DNA from: Clostridia bacterium | GTDB lineage: Bacteria; Bacillota; Clostridia; UBA1212; DUPL01 | Length of the DNA stretch: 64,000 bases | NCBI GenBank assembly: GCA_050951325.1 | Contig: JBMNIW010000009.1 | Location: 30,848-94,847, forward strand | Direction: 5' to 3' | Part shown: positions 9,885-19,489 of the stretch, one piece after another | How the letters are laid out: each line of letters starts with the position of its first letter | Position numbering within the stretch: the first letter of the stretch is position 1 | Position numbers and translations under genes: made by a program | Notes under the pieces: generated by a model | What the model saw: only the letters and a program-made list of their open reading frames with translations | What the model was told of the DNA's origin: nothing | The model's database searches: none

Positions 9885-11188
9885 AAAGTAAACTCCGCAA
9901 ACTCATCTGAAACGTCATCATCTTCTGATATCGCAAACTCAAAGCCGCTAGAACCCAGGACCTCTTGCACCGTCTTGTCCGGGTTTTGATAGAGGATATT
10001 CAAAAGTTCAATAAAATCCCTTATTATCTCTCTGGGGGTTATAAAGGTTTGTGCGCCCACTCTTCCAAACTCAATCTTGAGGAAAGCCACAATATCCTCA
10101 TCCGTTACCTTTGATTCATACCCATATAGGCCTGAATGGATGGAAACCAATTTTTCAAGAAGCACAAAGGTTTCCTCCTGAGTAAGCGGCGCAAGCTTTA
10201 TAACCGGTGCCAGCATGTCGCCATTATTGTTTGTACTTATCCAGCCTGATTCGAGCCTTGATCTTAGGGCCTCATAACTGTAGACTCCCTTTCTTGGATC
10301 TTCCAGAGACTGGGGTGTAAGAGCCATGATGATTCCCATGTGACTTGCTTTCCCCTGCAATGTATCATTGTACATGGAAAGAATTTTCTCATAATTGTAC
10401 TGCCTTGTTATTGCGTGAGGCAGCTTGTATATGTTAACCAACTCATCAATCAGCATCAACAAACCTTTATAGCCTGCTTTAACAAGAAAGGATGCAAACA
10501 CCTTTAAGTAGTCATACCAGTCGGAATCCTTAATTATCACATTCACACCCAAATCCCTTCTGGCTTCCGTCATGGTTGTATACTCTCCTCTGAACCATCT
10601 CAGGACATTACTCTTCATTTCCTCATTTCCATCCCTGTACGCACGCCAGTAAAGACTCAACACCTTTGCAAAATCAAATCCATGTACCAGTTCCTTCAAT
10701 TCGCCAACCGTTTCAAATATTCTTAACTCAACTTCAGTAGATAGTTTTGCATCAAAAGCGGACAGTTCCTTTTCCCTCATTACTTTCTGCTGTATTGCAT
10801 ATATCCATTTTTCAAGTATCAAGGACAAGGCTCCGCCATCGGGCTTGGTTTTTGTGGACATGTTCTTCATAAGTTCCCTGTAGGTTGCCAAGCCCTGCTT
10901 CTGTGAACCCATAAACCTTCTTTCGGGAGACAAGTCGGCATCCACTACCACAAACCCTTTATCCATGGCATATGTCCTAATGGTCTGTAAGAGAAAGCTC
11001 TTTCCACTTCCGTATCTGCCAACAATAAATCTAAATGAAGCGCCACCATTCTGCACAACATCAATATCACCAAGCAAGGCATCTATTTCCTTCTCCCTGC
11101 CCACCGCAATATATCCAAGACCAACTCTTGGAACAACTCCACCTTTCAGTGAGTTCATTATTGCGGAAGCAATTCTTTTCGGAACCAT
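9881..11188 (-). CDS. DUF2791 (BrxD-like) P-loop ATPase, Shango SngB-like
   Basis: SLKGGVVPRVGL, GRYGSGKSF Walker A, LSPERR, IDELVN Walker B, YSYEALRSRL, TPRE; start at ATG 11188 behind GGAGG. Confidence 0.88.
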   Translation of the reverse strand: MVPKRIASAIMNSLKGGVVPRVGLGYIAVGREKEIDALLGDIDVVQNGGASFRFIVGRYGSGKSFLLQTIRTYAMDKGFVVVDADLSPERRFMGSQKQGLATYRELMKNMSTKTKPDGGALSLILEKWIYAIQQKVMREKELSAFDAKLSTEVELRIFETVGELKELVHGFDFAKVLSLYWRAYRDGNEEMKSNVLRWFRGEYTTMTEARRDLGVNVIIKDSDWYDYLKVFASFLVKAGYKGLLMLIDELVNIYKLPHAITRQYNYEKILSMYNDTLQGKASHMGIIMALTPQSLEDPRKGVYSYEALRSRLESGWISTNNNGDMLAPVIKLAPLTQEETFVLLEKLVSIHSGLYGYESKVTDEDIVAFLKIEFGRVGAQTFITPREIIRDFIELLNILYQNPDKTVQEVLGSSGFEFAISEDDDVSDEFAEFTL

Positions 11189-11192
11189 ATAG

Positions 11193-14100
11193 TTAACCTC
11201 CCAAAACTTTTTTAATGTCATCTAAATAATCTTCAATTATCGTGCAATCCACATCCACTACGGTATCGCCTGTTGTTTCAAGAGCCACCTCATTTATGTC
11301 CTCGATAACAACTTCCAACATTACACCAAGTTTCCTGGCAACAGAATATGCATCCTCTTTGTTGGCTATTGCCTTTAACAAATGCATCTGAATATCATTC
11401 AGCATTCTTACAAACGAATTATATGGATTCTCTCCTGAAACATCAATTATATCACAAATATCATTTGTTTTCTCTTCCGCTGCTGCAACTTCTTCAACTT
11501 CTTCCTCTTCATTAATAACAAGCTTTTCAGTTAGCTTTTGGGATACCTCTCTAATATCATCCAGCTTGTCAAAATCAATTTCCACCTTTTCAATTTTGGG
11601 AGTGGGTATCGCATCATCAACGAATACTCCTTTTTCTCCCAAAACTTCTGCAGCAGCTGCCATAACGCAGTCGCCAAGCTTCTCCGCCCCTATGGTCTCA
11701 ATCAAATACCTTATCTCATCACTTGTTTTATCCGTAATATCCAGAGGAGACTTGAGAGTTCCTTTGAAGGACAACAGATTTCTCAAGGCAATTTCTGCCA
11801 GTTTGACTATGATACCATATAGAACATAAGTCGATTCTTTTAAACCACAGTATCCACAACGGCTTATGCATATTTCGTCCTTCCATTCATATGCCAAATA
11901 ATCATTTATAACTGCCGTCTTCTTTCCTTTTCTTAATCTGACGTATTGCAAATCATTAAAAATCCCGTCTTTACGTTCAAGCTTTTGTCTTTCGCCCAAT
12001 ATATATGCAGGCAAAGAAAGGTCGTATTTAGAAAAGAGTTCGTCCAGTTTTTCAAGCACCTTTGGCATGCAGAGATCTATAAGATAACCATCACTTCCTT
12101 TTCCAAAGGCACTTTCCCTTGCCCTGTATGGACTTTTTTCAAGTATGTACTTGCTGGCACAATCATAGTCGCCTTCAAAAATCTTGTACAGCCCGTAGAT
12201 GGTATAATATCTCTTTGGAAACTTTTTCACATAAAATGAATAGGTTTTTTCCAAATCATAGGCAATGTATGCATCCATGATGACACTCTCGATCAAGTCA
12301 TCGATGTTATCCGAAACCTGGCTGTATCCATGCCAGAATTTTATCAGCTTGTCCATCAATTCCTCTTCATTCTCAACTCCTATCAAATTGACAAGCTCGG
12401 ACAAATACAAAAGAACCATGTTTTTGTTTGCAGGCTTGAATATTCCCCGCCTTACATCTGATCTCCAATTCAGGTAGTAACGGTTTGCAAAATCATAATC
12501 ATGAGAGACTCTCTGTTTCTCATATACATCAACATCTTCAAGAAGGCATGCCTGAGTATAAAAATCAATAGGATTATAGTAGTCATACCTATAAGTTTGC
12601 CTGCTGGAAATCCTTTGTTCTTTAGCTTCAGAACTTACCAATGAAAGCAGATGCTTGTTTTGTTGAACTACTTCAGGATCATAATATCTCTTTTTTCCAC
12701 CAAGAACAAAGCTTTCCAATCTTTGCTTTTCCTTTATCTTCACATCCTTGTAAATCTTTTTAACCTCATTGGTCAAAATATGCACAAATCTCATTGATTC
12801 AATGATTTCTGCATGTTTTGAGTATCTTTCCAGTCCTGAAAAGATAATATCAAAAGGAATATCTGAAAAATCTCCTTTTTTGTACCTTCTTGCTGCAGTG
12901 GCGATGATATTTACGACATACTCGCAAAACTTCTGTTCCCTCTTATCAAAATCACAGCCGTAATAGAACAAGGAACCATTTTCAAAAGTATACTTAATCC
13001 CCTTGTTAATATATGTTTCCTCTTTAATCCTGCACTCCTTTTTATCAATAAGGTATCCTAGTTGCGAAAAGGACACTTCTTCTTTTATGACATTACCCAG
13101 CAATAGACTTCCAAGCGAAAATGCGCATTCCCTTTCAAGCAGATCTGACGCCTCCTTAAGAGCAACGGGAAGAACCCTTTTTAGAACACTCTGAACTTCC
13201 TTTGAAACACGTATTCTTATCCTTCTGTTAAAATACTCATATACATTTGTGTAATTGCCATGAGCAATCTCATCCATAATCAAGGTATTGCCAATATACC
13301 CTTCAGGAAACCTTTCGCAAACCTCTGCAAAAGGCATGTCCAATCCTTTAAGGACATAGAACTCAATAATAGTGTCCTCCATTAGTTTATCAATATCAGT
13401 GACATTCCTCATACCTTTCCAGAAGTCTAAAAGTTTTGAAAGAGTATCCAGCTCATCAATACAATTTGCAAGAAGTATTGTTTCGTTCAGATACAGTTTA
13501 ATATATCCGATATCCGCCTTTTCATAAATCCCTTTTCTAATCTTTGTTCTCCATGAGAAATAGCCAAGCAGTTGCTGGTTTGTCATATGGGTATATGTAG
13601 GATATACATTTAAAAAATCCACCAATACCACATCTTCATTGTACTCAACCTTTTCCATGAATTTAACTTGTTTTAGAAATAACTCCGCACCATAAATCAT
13701 TCCTTTGGGAGTTCTTGAAAGAGATCTCATCTTATCGAACTTGTCTTTAATCCGAATCTGCCTGTTGCGTTCAGCAACTTCTTCATGCATAACGATAGCT
13801 ATTTGCTTATGGATTACCTTAACCAGTTCTCCTGTATCTATTATGCTGCGCATCTCTTCGTCCTGGTAAAGACTCGTATCATATATTTTCAAGGGTTTTT
13901 CACCAAGAATTTCCCTTATTCTTGATTCCATATGCTTAAGTATGAAAGATATGAGTCTTGCATGTTTCCTGACAGGGAAGAGCTTTTCCGCATACAGGAT
14001 TTGGTCTTGTACAAAATATCTTTCCGTTTCTGATATAACGTACTCACTGAATCCATAGTCCTTTTTCACAAATGGATTGTATTTGAAAGGCTCGTAAACA

Positions 14101-14823
14101 TCCACTTTTCTTTCAAACAGCATTTCATTGAACGAAATACCCTTCTGGGAAAAGTATTCACTCACACCTTTCATAACAACTTCAAAAACGCTGTCAATAT
14201 ATCTTCCTTTTTCACTTCTGTAAAAAGAGCTGCCATAAGATTTGGTGTTGGGCACTCATTTTGTCGAAATACGGCAGAGTATTTTCATAATCACCGGAAT
14301 ATATTCTGTCTTCGTAAGATGCTATTTGAAACTTTTCATCAAAACTCTTGACTATGTCTTTGAAAGAACCTACGGAATGAAGGATGCAGTAGTCTTTGAT
14401 ATTGTCATAAAACTCAAGATCAGTAAGCTCGTCGCATTTGTTCCATAAATCAATCAGAAGGGCAAGTCCTTCCTCGCTTGTTACACCCACCAGATTGACA
14501 AGCTCGTTTATGTATACAAGAATGTATTCTCGTTTTGTTTGCTTGTAATTGTTCTCCAAAAACTGTGTGCGCCAGTACACGTAGTGATAGAGATTGGATT
14601 CCGTCATGTCTTCGAAGGCTCTAATGCTTCCAAGACCATCCGGTCTGCCCTTGTACGAATTATAAAAGCGATAGTCCTTTAAAAAGTCTGCACATTTAAA
14701 AAAACGGACAAAAGGCTCCCCATTGTCCCTGGATAATTCACGTACCTTGCTGATTGCTTCGTGATCCAGTATCTTTTCTGACAACAATGTGAAAGCCTTT
14801 TCCGTTAAATTCTTTTCCTTCAT
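11193..14823 (-). CDS. TerB_N x3 + TerB_C protein, Shango SngA-like; split by a +1 frameshift near 14250 (about 1209 aa if joined)
   Basis: Three copies of F..Q...M/L.D....Y..WR...R.G.....Y..LY.NE.VN..G; C-terminal IDFDKLDDIR...IEDINE.A....GD...IIEDY; track ORFs 14212-14823 and 11193-14255 overlap in adjacent frames. Confidence 0.8.
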
Positions 14824-15638
14824 CTTTTGGTTACATCATTCTCCTTGAGAAACTCTACAATTGCATTCACAATTGTATCCTGATATTCGTCACTTACAAG
14901 CTTCTTCTCTTCCTCTTCATTGGTCAAATATCCAAGCTCGAGTATCATACACGGACCTTCTGTCCAGTTGATACTTGTATAATTGTCGCTTCTTCGGACA
15001 TTTCTATTTGCGGCCCCTGTTGCATTTACAAGCTTCTCCATAAGCATGTTTGCAATTGCAAGCTCATAGTTGGCAAGTGCCTTGGTTTCCTCACTGCCGT
15101 CACCCTTGTCCCTAATATATATCTCCATGCCGTGTACATCCTTGTTGTCCACTCCATTCAAATGAATCCTGAGTGTAAGATGGGAACCGAACTCATTTGA
15201 CATAAGAGCTCTTTCCTTGTTTGATATGTCCACGTCATGAGTCTCTCTTGTCATAAGTACCTCTGCGCCTGCATTCATCAAAGCATCACGCAGCTTAAGA
15301 CCAATCTTCAAAGTCAACATATACTCAGGTGTACCTGTAGTTGCACCCTTTGTACCTGCCGCAATCTTTCTCTTTTTTTCACTGCTCCACGGAGCCATTT
15401 CTTCAAGTTCATTGTTCGCTTTGCCCTGATGACCAGGATCAATGCATATCTTGAGACCATGCAAAGGAAGAACTTCTGTTGGAGAAGGAGTTGGTCCCTC
15501 CCCTTCTCCCGGTGTTTTATCAATGTTATCAGTTAATGTCGGTTCCGTTGTTTCATCTGCTGGTACGTTGCTGTTTGCACATCCTGTAATAAGGAGTGCA
15601 ATCAATACCAAAATTGCTGTTATCTTATGTGTTTTCAA
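14820..15638 (-). CDS. N-acetylmuramoyl-L-alanine amidase (Amidase_3) lipoprotein
   Basis: Lipobox ITGC, P/T linker, ICIDPGHQG, VLMTRE, LRIHLN, ILELGYLTN. Confidence 0.88.
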   Translation of the reverse strand: MKTHKITAILVLIALLITGCANSNVPADETTEPTLTDNIDKTPGEGEGPTPSPTEVLPLHGLKICIDPGHQGKANNELEEMAPWSSEKKRKIAAGTKGATTGTPEYMLTLKIGLKLRDALMNAGAEVLMTRETHDVDISNKERALMSNEFGSHLTLRIHLNGVDNKDVHGMEIYIRDKGDGSEETKALANYELAIANMLMEKLVNATGAANRNVRRSDNYTSINWTEGPCMILELGYLTNEEEEKKLVSDEYQDTIVNAIVEFLKENDVTKR

Positions 15639-15654
15639 CTCGTACTACTCCTTC

Positions 15655-18120
15655 TTATACAATGGTATAGCTGCCCGGTTCGTCAAGGTTGATTCTTATA
15701 CGATTGCCAGCCCTTTCAAACTCAGATACGAGAGCAACCTTGTCATTTATTCTTATCGTAGAATTTTCGTCCTTGTTTATAAGGGGGAAGCACAATGAAG
15801 CCCTGGTTGGCACAGTGCAGTTATAAACAAAGGTTCCGTTTTCCATTCTCCAACTGCTCTTTACTAGACCGCTGGCAGACTCATACTCCGCTTCAACATA
15901 GGTGATGTTCTCCTGACCTTCAGGCAACTCATCTTTTGTTCTGGTATCAGGCATTGGTCTTAAAACGACATGTTTGAAACCAGGCTCGTTAAAGTCATTG
16001 TTAATACCCGCCATGTACTTGAACATCCACTCCAACACAGCACCGTATGCATAGTGGTTGAAGGAGTTCATTCCAGCATCTCCGAATCCCTTTTCAATTG
16101 TATATGAATTCCATCTCTCCCAAATTGTTGTTGCTCCCTGATATACGCTGTACAGCCAGGATGGATCTTCCGTCTGCAGAAGCAACGAATACGCTATATT
16201 GCTTTTTCCAAACTCACTCAATGTCTGGTTCAATATACCGGTTCCGATAAAACCTGTACTCAACCTGTATCCGTTGTCCTTTATCTTCTGCTCCAGACAG
16301 TCCGCTGCTTCCTGAACATAGGATTCTGGCAGCATGTATGTCTTTAGAGCCAGGAGATATGCAGTCTGGGATGTTTCCTTAAGCTTTCCATTCTCGTCAA
16401 GGAATTTCTCCTGGAAATGCTTCTTGATATCCTCATATAGTTTTGCATACTCTTCTTCTTTTTGCGAACCTATTGCCCTTGCCATATCCCTCATGTACAT
16501 GGTGCTCAAGGCAAACATGCAGCATGAGACGTATTCCTTGTCGGTAGGCTCATAGCTTAGCCAGTCTCCATATACCGCATTTCCTCCACCAAGGCCAAAG
16601 CTTCTCAAGTACTGAATGTATTTGTCCATGGCTTCGAAATTGTCCTCTATTATCTTTTTGTCTCCATACATGCGGTAGATTACATATGGAACAATAACAC
16701 CGGCATCCGCCCATGCAGCATTGCCCTCTCCCACCACTCTGACACGGGGAGCTACATCCGGGAAAGCTCCATTCTCACTTTGGCAGTCTCTCATATCCTG
16801 CATCCACTTGTGGAAAAACTCTCGAACGTCCGCATTGTAGCATGCCGCATTGACAAAAATCTGCGTATCGCCTGTCCAGCCAAGTCTTTCATCCCTTTGT
16901 GGACAGTCGGTGGGTATGCTTAAATAGTTTCCTCTCTGTCCCCATATCACATTACTGATTAGCTTGTTTACATCCTCATTAGATGTTCTTATTCTGCCTG
17001 TTTCCTTTGTATCAGAACCTACCACGCAAGCCTTGATATATATGAGGACAATGTCGTCATCCGCTGTAATTTCAATGTACCTGAAACCAAAGAATGCATG
17101 GGTTGGATTGTATGTCTCTCCAAACTCGTCCCCTCTTAAGATATATTGTATCTTGGACTTTGCGCTCCTGTAATTTTCAGTATACAAACTGCCCTTCGGT
17201 CCGTCATTGCCTCTTGATTTATCTCCGCTGTCATTGAGCATTTCAGCAAATCTCACAAGAATGCTTGTGCCTCTTTTGCCTTTTACGGTGAATCTAGGCC
17301 ATCCAACCAGGTTCTGACCAATGTCTATCAAAAGGGTTTGACCCTTCCTGATTTTAACTTCCTGGCCCAGTTCAAACTCATTTACATAAACAACCTCACC
17401 ATAATCAGTTCCGTTGTCCCTTATTCCCTCATACAACTTCATGCTGACAGGAAGCATGTTCAAAAATTCCCTCTCCCTTATTGCAGGACCTATATGCTTT
17501 GTGACCTCGCCATTAAAGTTTGTATAGATTAACGCATGGTTCCAATCAGAGTCATCAAAGCCGGGATATTTAAAAGAATCATTGTCTACTCTGGCATCGT
17601 AGAACTCTCCATCCCAGATGTCCGCACTTAATATGGCGCCACCTACTTTGCATTTCCAGTCCTCATCCGTACCAATATGGTTTGTGGTGCCGTCTTCATA
17701 AGTAAAATCAAGCCTTGCAAGAAATGCCACACTATCCTTTGGATAAGTATCAATATTGATTCTTCCCTGCCACCAACCAGGAGATACAATGCCTGTTATG
17801 CAGTTTACGCCGTCTGTAAGATACTCTTTAACATCGTATTCATAATACAGAACTCTCTTTCTGTATTCGGTCCATCCAGGCTTTAAAACATCCTTTCCTA
17901 CCTTTATGCCATTAATAAAGAGCTCAAATATGCCCAAAGCAGTTGCTTTAACAACAGCTTCTTTTACCTCTTTCGAAACTTTGAATTCCCTTCTAAATAT
18001 TGGCAGACCACCACCGTTTTTTAAAGGCGACTTCCTGTAATCAGCAGTGCTCTGATTCTCCCAAGGATTAACTCCTTTTTCCACTCTACTGTATTCAATA
18101 CTTATCCATCTAGCATCCAT
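15655..18120 (-). CDS. Alpha-L-rhamnosidase family glycoside hydrolase (GH78)
   Basis: PTDCPQRDERLGWTGD, TGFIGT, GATTIWERW, MNSFNHYAYG. Confidence 0.93.
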   Translation of the reverse strand: MDARWISIEYSRVEKGVNPWENQSTADYRKSPLKNGGGLPIFRREFKVSKEVKEAVVKATALGIFELFINGIKVGKDVLKPGWTEYRKRVLYYEYDVKEYLTDGVNCITGIVSPGWWQGRINIDTYPKDSVAFLARLDFTYEDGTTNHIGTDEDWKCKVGGAILSADIWDGEFYDARVDNDSFKYPGFDDSDWNHALIYTNFNGEVTKHIGPAIREREFLNMLPVSMKLYEGIRDNGTDYGEVVYVNEFELGQEVKIRKGQTLLIDIGQNLVGWPRFTVKGKRGTSILVRFAEMLNDSGDKSRGNDGPKGSLYTENYRSAKSKIQYILRGDEFGETYNPTHAFFGFRYIEITADDDIVLIYIKACVVGSDTKETGRIRTSNEDVNKLISNVIWGQRGNYLSIPTDCPQRDERLGWTGDTQIFVNAACYNADVREFFHKWMQDMRDCQSENGAFPDVAPRVRVVGEGNAAWADAGVIVPYVIYRMYGDKKIIEDNFEAMDKYIQYLRSFGLGGGNAVYGDWLSYEPTDKEYVSCCMFALSTMYMRDMARAIGSQKEEEYAKLYEDIKKHFQEKFLDENGKLKETSQTAYLLALKTYMLPESYVQEAADCLEQKIKDNGYRLSTGFIGTGILNQTLSEFGKSNIAYSLLLQTEDPSWLYSVYQGATTIWERWNSYTIEKGFGDAGMNSFNHYAYGAVLEWMFKYMAGINNDFNEPGFKHVVLRPMPDTRTKDELPEGQENITYVEAEYESASGLVKSSWRMENGTFVYNCTVPTRASLCFPLINKDENSTIRINDKVALVSEFERAGNRIRINLDEPGSYTIV

Positions 18121-18169
18121 ATTTCGATCCCCCTGTATTCAATATCGTGTACTTGTCCCAATGCCCTGT

Positions 18170-18198
18170 ATTATATGTTTACACATTCCTCTTGTCAA
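18170..18198 (-). promoter_or_regulatory. Consensus sigmaA promoter upstream of GH78-amidase-Shango run
   Basis: TTGACA (18198-18193, overlapping trmFO stop), 17 bp, TATAAT (18175-18170). Confidence 0.8.
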
Positions 18199-19484
18199 CC
18201 GTTCAAGCTTTTCTTGATATTTTCAATTTCCACAAGGGCATTTTCGGAAATCTTTCTTCTTCTTTCCACCTTGTTTTTTATCCCAATGTCTCCACTGGCA
18301 ATTATCCCAAAATTGATTCCCATGGGCTGGAAATCCTTGCCTGGGTAGCTTGCTGCATAATTTGCAAGAGCTCCAATAGCTGTCGATACAGGAAAGACAA
18401 CTGGCGTCTTGCCCTGATAAAGTCTTGCGGCATTTATGCCTGCCACAAGTCCGGAGGACGTAGATTCCATATACCCTTCCACTCCGGTAATCTGTCCGGC
18501 AAAGTACATGTTCTTTCCTATTACCCTATACGTTCTGTCCAAAAAGCCAGGAGACTTAAGGTATGTGTTTCTATGCATGACGCCATATCTTGCATACTCG
18601 GCATTTCTAAGAGCCGGTATAAGTCCGAAGACTCTTTTCTGCTCTCCAAACTTGAGTCTTGTCTGAAAACCAACAATATTGTATATTGTGCCTTCCAGAT
18701 TCTCCTGTCTGAGCTGCACAATTGCATAGTATTTCTTGTCGAAGCCAACGGGCTTCAAAGGACCGAACCTTAATGTGTCCACTCCCCTTTTTGCCATTTC
18801 TTCAATTGGCATGCATCCTTCATAAAGTCTTATGTCATCAAAATCCTCAACAAAAGCAGTCTCAGCATTTATGAGGTTGTTATAAAATTCGAGATATTCC
18901 TCTCTGGAAAGGGGGCAGTTTATATAATCATCATCCCCTTTTCCGTATCTGGAACCCCTGAATGCATGGTTCATGTCAATGGATTCAGCAAATACAATAG
19001 GGGCTGCCGCATCAAAAAATGACAAAGAGGGACAAAGCCCAGCAAATTCTTGTGACAAAGCGTCACTGGTCAAAGGCCCTGTTGCGTATATCGTTATTTC
19101 ATCCTCTATTATCCTTGTTACTTCTTCCCTTGAAATTTCTATCAAAGGATGACTTCCAATTCTTTCAGTTACAAGTCTGGAAAAAAGCTCCCTGTCTACA
19201 GACAAAGAACCTCCTGCAGGAACCTCGGATTTTAACGCACAATCCATTATCAACGATCCTAAAGCTTTCATTTCTTCCTTCAACAGCCCGGAGGCGTTTT
19301 CAATATTGCGAGCCTTGAAGGAATTGCTGCAAACCAGTTCTGCTAAATCTTCGCTTTTATGTGCAGGAGAAAACTTTTGCGGTTTCATTTCGTAAAGCTT
19401 TACCGGGATCCCCCTTTCAGCAATCTGAAAGGCAGCCTCGCAACCAGCAAGACCCGCTCCGACAACATTAATTTTTTTGTCCAT
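18195..19484 (-). CDS. trmFO: FADH2/folate-dependent tRNA (uracil-5)-methyltransferase
   Basis: VVGAGLAGCEAA, ELVCSNS, EGCMPIE, GFQTRL, YGVMHRNT, AGQITGVEGY; downstream of topA. Confidence 0.95.
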   Translation of the reverse strand: MDKKINVVGAGLAGCEAAFQIAERGIPVKLYEMKPQKFSPAHKSEDLAELVCSNSFKARNIENASGLLKEEMKALGSLIMDCALKSEVPAGGSLSVDRELFSRLVTERIGSHPLIEISREEVTRIIEDEITIYATGPLTSDALSQEFAGLCPSLSFFDAAAPIVFAESIDMNHAFRGSRYGKGDDDYINCPLSREEYLEFYNNLINAETAFVEDFDDIRLYEGCMPIEEMAKRGVDTLRFGPLKPVGFDKKYYAIVQLRQENLEGTIYNIVGFQTRLKFGEQKRVFGLIPALRNAEYARYGVMHRNTYLKSPGFLDRTYRVIGKNMYFAGQITGVEGYMESTSSGLVAGINAARLYQGKTPVVFPVSTAIGALANYAASYPGKDFQPMGINFGIIASGDIGIKNKVERRRKISENALVEIENIKKSLNG

Positions 19485-19489
19485 ATGCC

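Noticed and set aside
9881-11188. DUF2791 ATPase as part of BREX
   Set aside because: No pglX, pglZ or brxC; TerB_N/TerB_C and Lhr neighbours fit the Shango architecture
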